Origin: Candidatus Woesearchaeota archaeon
Lineage (GTDB): Archaea; Nanobdellota; Nanobdellia; Woesearchaeales; JAZDKJ01
Length of the DNA: 64,000 nucleotides
Direction: 5' to 3'
NCBI GenBank assembly: GCA_043803105.1
Contig: JAZDKJ010000010.1
Coordinates: 1 to 64,000 of the forward strand
The stretch's first letter is position 1; the number at the start of each line of letters is the position of its first letter. The position numbers and the translations under genes are program-made. Below are positions 47,035-56,733 of the stretch, piece by piece. Under the pieces are notes generated by a model. It did no database searches. It saw only the letters and a program-made list of their open reading frames with translations, and was not told where the DNA came from.

Positions 47035-47451
47035 ATGAAAATGATGAGTGAATGGCTTATTTTGGATGAATTGGAAGTAAAAAAAGTCCCCTCAAAACCA
47101 GGTGCTTATAAAATTAGCGTTTTTAAAGCCGATGGAACACCAATTAGAATTAATCGTTTTCTTGGAGTTGATCCTGAAGGAGTAATAGATATAGGAGAAT
47201 CAACCGATTTGCATGCTCGACTTCAGAATTTCAAGAGGAATATTGAAAAAGGATCTGGCGGTCATATGGCCGGTTGGAGATTCCATTTTCTAAAGTTATA
47301 TGAAAAGTTCAAAATTCTTAAATTCAGTTTTGAAGTTTGTGCCACAAAAGAACAGGCCTACAAAAAAGAATATGCTATGATGAAGAGGTATATTGATGAA
47401 CACAAGGAACTACCTCCTCTGAATTATAAATACAATTGGTCAGAAGAGTAA
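47035..47451 (+). CDS. GIY-YIG-like nuclease
   Basis: PGAYKI...IDIGESTDLHARL...E...LPPLN. Confidence 0.65.
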   Translation: MKMMSEWLILDELEVKKVPSKPGAYKISVFKADGTPIRINRFLGVDPEGVIDIGESTDLHARLQNFKRNIEKGSGGHMAGWRFHFLKLYEKFKILKFSFEVCATKEQAYKKEYAMMKRYIDEHKELPPLNYKYNWSEE

Positions 47452-47475
47452 TTTTTGACTTTTCACAACAATAAA

Positions 47476-50400
47476 ATGAAGAACAATCAGGAAGAAGCAA
47501 TCGAAAAAACCACAGGCCCATGCCTTATCTTCGCAGGTCCTGGTACTGGCAAGACTTATACTTTGGTTAAGAAGATTAAGCATTTGATTGATTCTAAGGA
47601 GTATGAGCCTTCTGAGATCCTGGCTTTGACTTTTTCTGTTGAGGCAACAAAGAACCTTCGGGAAGAGGTTGAGAAGGAGGTTGGCGCAGCCAATCAGGTC
47701 ATAATCCGTACATTTCACGGTTTTTGTGCTGATATTTTGAGGGTTGATGGCTCAAAGATTGGTATTGATCCAGGCTTTGATATCCTTGAGCCTGATGACA
47801 CTAAGATCTTCTTTCTGAAGTATCTTGACATCAAGCCTTATTACGCTGATCTGTACAGTATGACTATCTCCACGGCAAAGGATTTGAGCATAAGCCTGGA
47901 AGAGATTGAAGCTTACACTCGTAGTCAAAAGGAGCAGCTGAAGCAGTATTGTCCAGATTTAGGGAACCTTGACAAATATGTTGAACAGCAAAATATAGAG
48001 CTTAACACTCTTCATTTGAAATCACATGAAACTCCTACAGAAAAGGCACAGGTAAGAAAGGAAAAGGGCCTTATTGTCGATTTTCTTGAGAAATATGACT
48101 ACTACAAGAAATACCAAGATTTGGTTGATGCTTGGAAAGCATACAATGAGCTAAAGAAGAAAAGAAACCTGATGGACTTCTCAGACCTAAATCTTTACGC
48201 TTTAGAATATTTCAAGAAATATGGTTCTAAGAAGTATTCTGAGCAGTACAAGTACATTCTTGTTGATGAGTTCCAGGATACGAATAAGGCCCAGTTCGAC
48301 CTAATCAGCTTTCTTGCTATGGATCATAAGAACGTAACAATAGTAGGGGACAGGAACCAATCTATCTATGGGTTTAGGGGCGCTTATCAGGAAAATGTTG
48401 CGCATTTCAAGGAAGATTTTGACGTGACTAAAAAGGATATTTTTGAGCTTGAGAAATCCAGAAGGAGTCCAAACACAGTTTTGAGAGTAAGCCACAAGCT
48501 TATACTTAACAATTACGACAAGCCTGAAGAATGCTTTCAGATATCTAATGCCTATGACCTTGAGGGTGTGAAAGTCCAAGTGTTTGAACTCTTGGATGAG
48601 GCAAGCGAGGCTGCTCATGTTGCAGAATTGGTCCAGGAACAATTGGACAAAGGTGTTCCTCATCATGAAATCTGCGTGTTATACAGAACCCACAAGCAGG
48701 GAGCAATCATAAGGCAGGCATTTGAGTCAAAGGCCATTCCTATTGTGACTGCTGGCAGCACTGACTTGTTGTCCAGGCCTGAAATCAAGACAGTTGTTAG
48801 CTACTTGGCTGTTGTCAACAATCTAAGGCAAAGGACTGGAACTGGAGAGCAAGCCTGGTGGAGCTTATTCCATTACAAGAATGACCTTTCACCTGAAGAC
48901 AGCCTTAAGGTTGGAAGATTTCTGGCAGAACATAAGACAGAGTCTGTGGATGCTGTCATATTAAACAATCTTGACAAGATTGGGCTGTCAACGCATGGCA
49001 AAGAGATTATCCTTAGGCTTATTAACAAGCTGAAGGAGTTGAGCCAGACTGCCAAAAAGTCATTACCCGAAATGATTTTTGATATCTATGAGCTTGTCGG
49101 TCTGAATAGGATGTTTTCCTATGAGAGGACTACAGCAAATATTGAATCCTTGCTCAACTTGAAAGAGTTTCTATCAGTTGCAGACTATTTTTCCAAGCTT
49201 CACAGCAGTGACTTACAGAGCTTTATTGAATATTTGGAATTGCTTGAGGAGGCTGGGGTGGAGAAGCGAAGTGAGAAAGTCATTCCAATGAATGCTGTCA
49301 GATTAATGACAATGCATTCCGTAAAGGGATTGCAGTTTGAGACAGTTATTGTTACCAACCTTGCTGAGGGCAGATTTCCTATTGTCAGAACCCCAAGGGA
49401 TCCTCTTATTCCAAAAGAGCTTGTGCCCTACATCAAAAGGCATTTGGCAGGTAAAAATCTTAATCATAAGGAAAGGGAGAAGGAAATTAAGAAAATTGAG
49501 AAGGATATGATGCTTCTGGAAGAGAGACGGCTTTGTTATGTTTCCTTGACTAGGGCAAAGACGAATCTGATTCTGACTTTTGCTTCAGACTATGACAAGA
49601 AAGGAACTGGTGGAAAGTCAATATTCTTGCTTGAAATCTTAGACAAAGGCAACTCAGACATTGAAGTTACGACAATCAGTGAGCAGAAAGGTACTGTAAT
49701 CGCTCCTGATTCAAGATACGAGCGGATGAAAGCTTCTATTAAAGCACAATTTGTGCAGCACCTTGATTCTGATGACTTTCCTACACTGCTGCAGCGACTG
49801 CTGAGCTATCACAGCCTTCGGGAAGCAGATGTTGCTGATTACAAGACCCTGATTGATGAGTCCTGGGACAAGATCTGGCATCCAGAACAGGTTAACTCAA
49901 ACCTGGATATTGCCAAGCAGGAGATTTCCCGAATGAAGTTTGACAAGAATGAGATACGTTTCAGCTTTAGTACATTGGATACTTATGACCAGTGTCCAAA
50001 GAAGTATGAGCTGCGGCATTTGTTTCATATGCCTGAAAGAGGGGATTTTGAAGTTTCTGGAAAGAACTATGGAAGCTTTGTCCATGACCTTTTTGCAGAT
50101 GGAGTAAAACAGAAGTTCAAAAACAAAAAGGAGTATATGGAGCATGCTGAAAATCTATTGAAACTTCCAAAATGGGAAGGACTTGACCTAAAGGATGTAA
50201 TACCACTAATTGAAGTGTTCTGGGCTCGGAACAAGGACAAATATGATGAGAAAAGCGAGGTTGAGAAAGGTTTTGGCTTTGAGATTGATGGAATGAAATT
50301 CACAGGTTTTATTGATAGGATTGACGTGCTTAAAGGCAAAGAAATTGAGATAGTTGACTACAAAAGTAATGCTCATGACATCCCAGTCAAGAAACGAGCC

Positions 50401-50700
50401 TGGCAAATGTCAATCTATGCTTATGCAGCAAAGAACAAACTTGGTTTGATTCCTAAGAAGATCACTCTTGACATGCTCAAACTAGAGAAGCCTTACGTGT
50501 ATGAGCTTGACGCAGAAGGTAATGCAGTCGGAGAAGGAAAAACAAAAGACTTCAACATGAACACATCAATACAGGAAATGGTTGAAACTGCAAAGAAGAT
50601 CATTCATGATTTTGAGCATGAATTCAAGACTACTGAAAATGACAATAACTGTAGGATGTGCGGGTATGGGTTTTATTGTCCGAAGCGCGAGTCGCCCTGA
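47476..50700 (+). CDS. UvrD/PcrA SF1 helicase fused to a PD-(D/E)xK nuclease (AdnAB/AddAB-like)
   Basis: AGPGTGKT, VDEFQD, GDRNQSIYGFRG, HSVKGLQF, EERRLCYVSLTRAK; GFIDRID...VDYKS; C...CxxCxxxxxC Fe-S pattern. Confidence 0.9.
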   Translation: MKNNQEEAIEKTTGPCLIFAGPGTGKTYTLVKKIKHLIDSKEYEPSEILALTFSVEATKNLREEVEKEVGAANQVIIRTFHGFCADILRVDGSKIGIDPGFDILEPDDTKIFFLKYLDIKPYYADLYSMTISTAKDLSISLEEIEAYTRSQKEQLKQYCPDLGNLDKYVEQQNIELNTLHLKSHETPTEKAQVRKEKGLIVDFLEKYDYYKKYQDLVDAWKAYNELKKKRNLMDFSDLNLYALEYFKKYGSKKYSEQYKYILVDEFQDTNKAQFDLISFLAMDHKNVTIVGDRNQSIYGFRGAYQENVAHFKEDFDVTKKDIFELEKSRRSPNTVLRVSHKLILNNYDKPEECFQISNAYDLEGVKVQVFELLDEASEAAHVAELVQEQLDKGVPHHEICVLYRTHKQGAIIRQAFESKAIPIVTAGSTDLLSRPEIKTVVSYLAVVNNLRQRTGTGEQAWWSLFHYKNDLSPEDSLKVGRFLAEHKTESVDAVILNNLDKIGLSTHGKEIILRLINKLKELSQTAKKSLPEMIFDIYELVGLNRMFSYERTTANIESLLNLKEFLSVADYFSKLHSSDLQSFIEYLELLEEAGVEKRSEKVIPMNAVRLMTMHSVKGLQFETVIVTNLAEGRFPIVRTPRDPLIPKELVPYIKRHLAGKNLNHKEREKEIKKIEKDMMLLEERRLCYVSLTRAKTNLILTFASDYDKKGTGGKSIFLLEILDKGNSDIEVTTISEQKGTVIAPDSRYERMKASIKAQFVQHLDSDDFPTLLQRLLSYHSLREADVADYKTLIDESWDKIWHPEQVNSNLDIAKQEISRMKFDKNEIRFSFSTLDTYDQCPKKYELRHLFHMPERGDFEVSGKNYGSFVHDLFADGVKQKFKNKKEYMEHAENLLKLPKWEGLDLKDVIPLIEVFWARNKDKYDEKSEVEKGFGFEIDGMKFTGFIDRIDVLKGKEIEIVDYKSNAHDIPVKKRAWQMSIYAYAAKNKLGLIPKKITLDMLKLEKPYVYELDAEGNAVGEGKTKDFNMNTSIQEMVETAKKIIHDFEHEFKTTENDNNCRMCGYGFYCPKRESP

Positions 50701-50732
50701 GAGTTAAAGATGCAATTAATTTAGGCCACAAA

Positions 50733-52022
50733 ATGACAATTGAATACTTTACATACAAACCAAAGGATATAGAAACTGAAAAGTGGCTAAAAAGGGAGAA
50801 GGAAGATTCAGAAAACTTTGCAAGAGAAGTAGGTGTGAGCATAGACAAAATGGGAATTGTTGGTGAGGATCTATTTAGCCTGACTTTAGACAACCAAAGT
50901 GCCACTTTAGGGTATAGGTCCGTTTCAGTTGTTACAGGAGAGACAACGGCGAAAGGAATGCTAAACGCTCTATGCCCTGAACTAGAATGTTTTGTCACAT
51001 TAGTAAATTGGATGGGAACTTCTGACCACCGTAAATCAAACAGAGTTACGTACCATCATGAGTTAGATAATTTTGTGAGTACCGGAAATCCAAATCAAGT
51101 GTGCATCTTAAGCGGCAACTATCGGTTAAAGAACGACGAGTTTTCAACAATAACCTTATTTAGGGCAAATGCGAAGATAACAACTAAAACTAAACGATTT
51201 TATGACTGGGAAAGAGTTCCTTTTCTGAAAAGGACTGGAGAAACTTTTGCATATTACCCTTCACCCATCTTCATGCTGCCCGTTAAGAGCAGAGAAGAGA
51301 ACGTGTCTGAAGATAAGGTTTATTATTTCACGGCCCCGTTTATGATCATTAAATTAAGTGCCACCCTATTAAAAATTGCTGTGATAAATGCGACAAATCC
51401 AAATCAAACAATAACTGAAGTCTGCGTTTATGACGGCAATTTAACGAATTTAGTGAGTTCAAAACTTGGTTCGCTTTATACTGGTTTATTTGAAGATAAA
51501 ATCTACAGAAGGAAGGGACAGTTTGAGAGGGAAATTGTTCTGTTGAATATGTCTCAAGAGGAATTGGACGGCAATGATCTTGTGGGACATTTGATAACCC
51601 AAAGGATGTATTATCATTATCTCAAGACTAGGCTATTAAGAATCTGCTCAGATTATGAATTTGAAGAGACATTAAAGACGATAATATCACAAACAGAAAG
51701 AGTATACGGAGTAAAGGTTACAATGAAATTAGAATTCTTTGAAAAAACCTACCTCGATGCTTACTTCAAGAAGATAGATGGTGCTTGGTACTATAAACCA
51801 TATATTCTAAATGAATTAAACGATGTTCAACTAATTGAGTTAATTGATCAGATTCAAAACAAGGATGGCCAGGAATTAACTGTTGAAAGGCTAATAATGA
51901 AGGAAAAATATCGAAAGTACCAAAGTTACTTGGAATTTCTGAATTGTTATAATCTCTATTCTAAAAGGATATTAATTAATATGGTCGCTTATAAAGAAGG
52001 ACTTACAAAATGGCTGATATAA
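50733..52022 (+). CDS. Hypothetical protein, partner of the DUF1998 helicase
   Basis: About 430-aa AT-rich ORF overlapping the helicase start. Confidence 0.65.
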   Translation: MTIEYFTYKPKDIETEKWLKREKEDSENFAREVGVSIDKMGIVGEDLFSLTLDNQSATLGYRSVSVVTGETTAKGMLNALCPELECFVTLVNWMGTSDHRKSNRVTYHHELDNFVSTGNPNQVCILSGNYRLKNDEFSTITLFRANAKITTKTKRFYDWERVPFLKRTGETFAYYPSPIFMLPVKSREENVSEDKVYYFTAPFMIIKLSATLLKIAVINATNPNQTITEVCVYDGNLTNLVSSKLGSLYTGLFEDKIYRRKGQFEREIVLLNMSQEELDGNDLVGHLITQRMYYHYLKTRLLRICSDYEFEETLKTIISQTERVYGVKVTMKLEFFEKTYLDAYFKKIDGAWYYKPYILNELNDVQLIELIDQIQNKDGQELTVERLIMKEKYRKYQSYLEFLNCYNLYSKRILINMVAYKEGLTKWLI

Positions 52023-55000
52023 ACCCTAAGGGTATATTTGAAATCATAAAGAAGAATTATCTTTCCTTTATACTTACAACTGTATGTAGGGACAACAAAA
52101 AACTATACGAAGAGTTAAAAAATTTCTTCTTGGACAGCCCTGATTTACTATGGAGAGACCTCATCATACAAGAAGTACCAAAATATAAGACAGTGACTAC
52201 TGGAATAGCTGCTTTGAATTTTAGTGATGGGGTGAAAGAGTTAATTAGGGGTGAACTAAGAACACCTTATGTTCACCAAATACAAACATGGAAAAAAGCA
52301 TTGGCAGGAGAAAATTGTGTTGTAGCTACCGGAACTGGAAGTGGAAAGACTGAAGCGTTTATTATGCCAATATTAGATTATTGTGCCACCAATTATACTA
52401 ACGGGGTACAGGCGATAGTTATTTACCCAATGAAAGCTTTAGCTAACGACCAAGGAAAAAGAATAGGAGATCTTATTGATAAACTTAATGAGATAACCGG
52501 AAAGAAATTAACCTTTGCATTGTTGGATGGGGATACCGAAAAAAGATCTCCTTTGGGCGCAAAGTCTGAGATATTCACAAAAGAGGAGATAGCCAATAAT
52601 CCACCAAATATATTATTGACAAATTATGTTATGTTAGAAAGGATTCTACTTTACCCTCAATATATAAGAGTTCTACAAAATAGTAAAATAAGGTATATAG
52701 TGCTAGATGAAATTCATTATTATCGTGGTGCTCAAGGTATTGATGTGTCTTTGCTTATGAGAAGGTTGCAATTCTATTTGAGGCTCAACAATAATCCCTT
52801 CATGCAGTATATAGGTACTAGCGCTACAATCTCTACAAGTATAGGGACAAAATCTCAATATGTCGAAAATTTTCTATTTAAACTATTTAATGTAACATTT
52901 AAGAAAGACAATATAGTGTTACCTGTTTTTGATGAAAAATGTCTAATTGGCACCTTATGTAAACCTATTTTTCTAAGTGACTTAAAAGAAAAACTTGATA
53001 ATATTGAAATTAGAGCGCATGCCTTCTTCTGTGCTCCCCCATCCTTGTTTAGGTGCCTCAAATGTAACCATATACATGTGCTTGCTAAGGATAAATGCCA
53101 AAAATGTAGCTCAAAATTAGTTTTCGAAATCTCGACTTGCAGACAGTGTGGAAAGGAATATCTAGTTTATCCCTTTTTAAAAAATAAACAGTCGGATATC
53201 AATCTTAAAGATATAGACATCATCAAGGCAATAAAACCATTTAATGGTCAGGAGGTAGAATCAAGGGGAGAAATAGTTCTTAGTAAAGAACAGATTCAAG
53301 ACAGTCAGGAAAAACTTAAACTCTGTGAAGATTGTTTAAGCATATACTCTGATTCTTCTAGCATTCATTCCTGCCCCATTTGTGCTAGTGAAAAGTATAT
53401 ATATGTTTATCCTGTTGAAGAAGACAATGAGAAACCAACAATATTAACAAAAGAGAAAAATGACAAATTTTGTCCCTTCTGTAATTTTGAGGAATCAAGA
53501 CAACCTTTAATCGTCCCAGTATCAAAAATATCTGATGAAAACACATCTCATATAATTTTCGACGAACTGTTTATGGCTTTGCCTAAGCAACGACAAAAAC
53601 TATTGGTCTTCACCGATAACGTTCAAAGAACATCGAAGTTCGCAAGAGAAATTGAGGAAACACACCTAAAGAACATTGCCAGGTCTTATTTGAATAAAAA
53701 AATAGAAGAGATTTCCAAGCCAGTGACAATTGATGATCTTATACATCAGGTCATGCGATATCTGAAACGTTACACCACCGTAACTGAATATTTGGAATTA
53801 AACTTAAAGAAAGAGTTATATGATGAGTTGTTGGGCAGTGGGAGAAAGGTCGCAAGCTTGGCAAATAGGGGAGTTTTCACTCTAGGTGTGGTAGATGTGG
53901 ACAGCTTTCCAGAACAGGAGAGAATTAATGTTATTAAGGCGTTCGAAGTATTTAAGGAAAAGAAGCAAGTACTAGACTATTACAAAATAGTTAATAGTGC
54001 GGGTATTCACGCATTTCAAGATTTCTTAGACAATTCTAAGTTAGTTGAAAGAGTCTTCAGAAACATGCGAGATTTAAGGAGAAAGAAAATAAAGAACATG
54101 AATTTAACAGAAGCAAAACAGGTTATTGAACTACTAAAGAAAAAACAGTATCTAGATGAATTCGAAGGAAAATATTTTTTCAAAGAACAGTTTATGGAAG
54201 TGTGTGCAGGTAAAAGAGAAACAACCGATGTTCCGAATTATTACGACGAATGGAAGAATAGAGACGAAATACCATTTATAAAAACTGAAATTTACACTGG
54301 AAAAACAGACGCGGAAAAAAGAACTAAGATAATATATGACTTTAAGACAAATGATTCTATTAATTTTTTAGTTTCTACGACAACCCTAGAGTTGGGTATT
54401 GACATTAGCGACCTTGACGTAGTCGGATTGTTATACGCACCTCCGAGTCCCGCTCAATACACACAGAGAATTGGAAGGGCAGGAAGAAAGGGGCTATCTT
54501 CTTTTTCGGTAACTTTTCTGTCAAAAAGGACTCTTGATTCCATGTATTTTTATAACCCCAAAGAGCTTGTATTAGGAGAAATAACACCCCCTATGTTTGA
54601 TATTGATTTAGAGATCCCGATAAAAAAGTCACTTTTTTCAGTATACTTGTATTTCCTTCTCAAGTGCACCGATTTTACCAAGAAGCAAGAATGTTTAGGA
54701 TGGAACAAAATCAAGACTTGGGAATTATACTTCGATAAAATCAAAATCTATCTTAAAGAGCATGAAAAGAATTTTATAGAATTCTTAACAAAATATTCTG
54801 AGATTAGTAAAATAAACATACAGAAAAATAACTTGGTTGATGAGTGGATAGAAAAGTTAGGAGATCATATCAATCTGCAGAAATCAATTAAAGCCAGTGA
54901 CTTAAACCCAAACCAGAGTGTATTCAACTACTTCCAAGAGGCGGGTTTGTTACCCGATTACGCATTCGGCAGTGGAGGAACTGTAGTCATTGTTCCTGGC

Positions 55001-55903
55001 AGGGATATGATTAAAGGATTTATGTTAAAGGAAGTTTGTCCGCCTTCAACTCTTGATTTTGAAAAGAATAGGTACAGTTGTGAAAAAATATCACTTAAAC
55101 CTTACCACTTCAAGAAATTATCAAATAATTACAAGTATTGCGGTAATTGCAGAAGTGTAATAAGCTTAAAGGAAAGTGATAAAGAGTGCAACATCTGTAC
55201 AACCACATTAATCCCGATTAACAATGAATTAATTGAACCAAAAGTCATAAATGGAAGAAGATCTGCATTTTCTTTAACCCAAAAATATGTAAAATGGGAT
55301 TTTTCTATTATTGATATACCCAAGGATATTATATATGTCAATGACATTGTTACTAAACCATTTGCCAGCGACGTTGGTATGGTATTTAATTCCGTTATGG
55401 AAGGGGACACTAACATCCCCTACTTTATTTGTAAAGAATGTGGGTATTTATATTCTAAGAACACCAAAAGAAAGGATGAAAATCATGTCCATAAGGATGC
55501 TACATGGAAAATTGCATCTAAGTTCAAAACACAAGTAGTTATCTTGGATCTCACAGAATATAATATTAGAGACAAAACCACCTTGCTAAATGCGTTAATA
55601 TCTGCTTCGGCAATTGAAGCTGGCTGTGAAGATGGAGAAATTGCTGGGTTTAGCCTGTTAAATGAAGGAAAATTCGTATTATTTGATAATGTGGAAGGTG
55701 GAGTCGGCTTCGTAAATGTACTGTCTGAAAAATTAATGAATGTCTTGAAGAATGCAAGGGACCTATGTGGTCAAAGCTGTTGCGAAAATGGATGTATAAG
55801 ATGTATAGGGTCTTTTTGGAGACAAAATGAATTGACATATTTAAGAAAAAGAGATATTATTCCTATTTTGGATGACTTGATTAAAGAATATGGCGACAGT
55901 TGA
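52010..55903 (+). CDS. DEAH-box SF2 helicase with zinc ribbons and C-terminal DUF1998 (DruE/DrmAB-related)
   Basis: TGTGSGKT, DEIH, TSAT, ELGID, QRIGRAGR; many CxxC pairs; DNVEGGVG...C...CCENGCIRC. Confidence 0.88.
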   Translation: MADINPKGIFEIIKKNYLSFILTTVCRDNKKLYEELKNFFLDSPDLLWRDLIIQEVPKYKTVTTGIAALNFSDGVKELIRGELRTPYVHQIQTWKKALAGENCVVATGTGSGKTEAFIMPILDYCATNYTNGVQAIVIYPMKALANDQGKRIGDLIDKLNEITGKKLTFALLDGDTEKRSPLGAKSEIFTKEEIANNPPNILLTNYVMLERILLYPQYIRVLQNSKIRYIVLDEIHYYRGAQGIDVSLLMRRLQFYLRLNNNPFMQYIGTSATISTSIGTKSQYVENFLFKLFNVTFKKDNIVLPVFDEKCLIGTLCKPIFLSDLKEKLDNIEIRAHAFFCAPPSLFRCLKCNHIHVLAKDKCQKCSSKLVFEISTCRQCGKEYLVYPFLKNKQSDINLKDIDIIKAIKPFNGQEVESRGEIVLSKEQIQDSQEKLKLCEDCLSIYSDSSSIHSCPICASEKYIYVYPVEEDNEKPTILTKEKNDKFCPFCNFEESRQPLIVPVSKISDENTSHIIFDELFMALPKQRQKLLVFTDNVQRTSKFAREIEETHLKNIARSYLNKKIEEISKPVTIDDLIHQVMRYLKRYTTVTEYLELNLKKELYDELLGSGRKVASLANRGVFTLGVVDVDSFPEQERINVIKAFEVFKEKKQVLDYYKIVNSAGIHAFQDFLDNSKLVERVFRNMRDLRRKKIKNMNLTEAKQVIELLKKKQYLDEFEGKYFFKEQFMEVCAGKRETTDVPNYYDEWKNRDEIPFIKTEIYTGKTDAEKRTKIIYDFKTNDSINFLVSTTTLELGIDISDLDVVGLLYAPPSPAQYTQRIGRAGRKGLSSFSVTFLSKRTLDSMYFYNPKELVLGEITPPMFDIDLEIPIKKSLFSVYLYFLLKCTDFTKKQECLGWNKIKTWELYFDKIKIYLKEHEKNFIEFLTKYSEISKINIQKNNLVDEWIEKLGDHINLQKSIKASDLNPNQSVFNYFQEAGLLPDYAFGSGGTVVIVPGRDMIKGFMLKEVCPPSTLDFEKNRYSCEKISLKPYHFKKLSNNYKYCGNCRSVISLKESDKECNICTTTLIPINNELIEPKVINGRRSAFSLTQKYVKWDFSIIDIPKDIIYVNDIVTKPFASDVGMVFNSVMEGDTNIPYFICKECGYLYSKNTKRKDENHVHKDATWKIASKFKTQVVILDLTEYNIRDKTTLLNALISASAIEAGCEDGEIAGFSLLNEGKFVLFDNVEGGVGFVNVLSEKLMNVLKNARDLCGQSCCENGCIRCIGSFWRQNELTYLRKRDIIPILDDLIKEYGDS

Positions 55904-56693
55904 TTTTCTCCGACAAGAAAAATTGAAGGTGGAGTTTGATAGAGTATTTAGTTTCCCTAGAATGAGGGAAAGGAAAGCTATCATAGCATCTCCTTTAACA
56001 ACCAATTTTTCTTTGGTTGGAACAGCATTTGATTATTTATTGAGGTTTTATGTTCAGAAAAACAATGTCAAAACCATAAGTAATGAATGGATTTCAACAA
56101 AACTTCTTAATTTTACAAAGTATATGGGCTCAACTGGTAAGGAAATAAGAAGTATGCTAAAACAGGCAAAGATTAATTACAAAGAATATCTTAAGAAAGA
56201 TATTTCTGATGATCTTCTTAGATCATGTCTATTACTGGCAAAAATAGATAATATTCAACGATCAGCTGGTGAATTACCTACTAGTTTTTTGGTTGACGAA
56301 AAAGATATGCAAGATTTAAAAAACTTGTACTATGCAATCCCAGACGAAGTATTCAAATCTGATACGTGTGTTCTGAATCCAACCTTTGGTCCAGCCTCTA
56401 TTATGTTAGGTGGAGCTGATGCCGATCTTATTATAGGAGACACTCTGGTAGATATTAAGACGACAGTTGATTTTACATTCACAAAATCATACTTCCTTCA
56501 ATTGGTTGGTTATTATATACTTAATAAAATAGGTAAGGTAGAGGGCAATGATAAGAAGATTCAAGTAAATAATCTTGGAATATACTACTCTCGCTATGGA
56601 TATTTATTCAAATTTGGGGTTAAAGAGGTTATCATAGGAGATGTTGACAAATTCATCGAACTTTTCGTTGATGTGGCTCAGGGTTTTAAATAA
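55890..56693 (+). CDS. PD-(D/E)xK nuclease-like protein
   Basis: NPTFG...GADADLIIGDTLVDIKTT...QLVGY. Confidence 0.7.
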   Translation: MATVDFLRQEKLKVEFDRVFSFPRMRERKAIIASPLTTNFSLVGTAFDYLLRFYVQKNNVKTISNEWISTKLLNFTKYMGSTGKEIRSMLKQAKINYKEYLKKDISDDLLRSCLLLAKIDNIQRSAGELPTSFLVDEKDMQDLKNLYYAIPDEVFKSDTCVLNPTFGPASIMLGGADADLIIGDTLVDIKTTVDFTFTKSYFLQLVGYYILNKIGKVEGNDKKIQVNNLGIYYSRYGYLFKFGVKEVIIGDVDKFIELFVDVAQGFK

Positions 56694-56733
56694 GAGAAGG
56701 TGAAAGGACTCAGGTTATGACAGAATCTCTATT

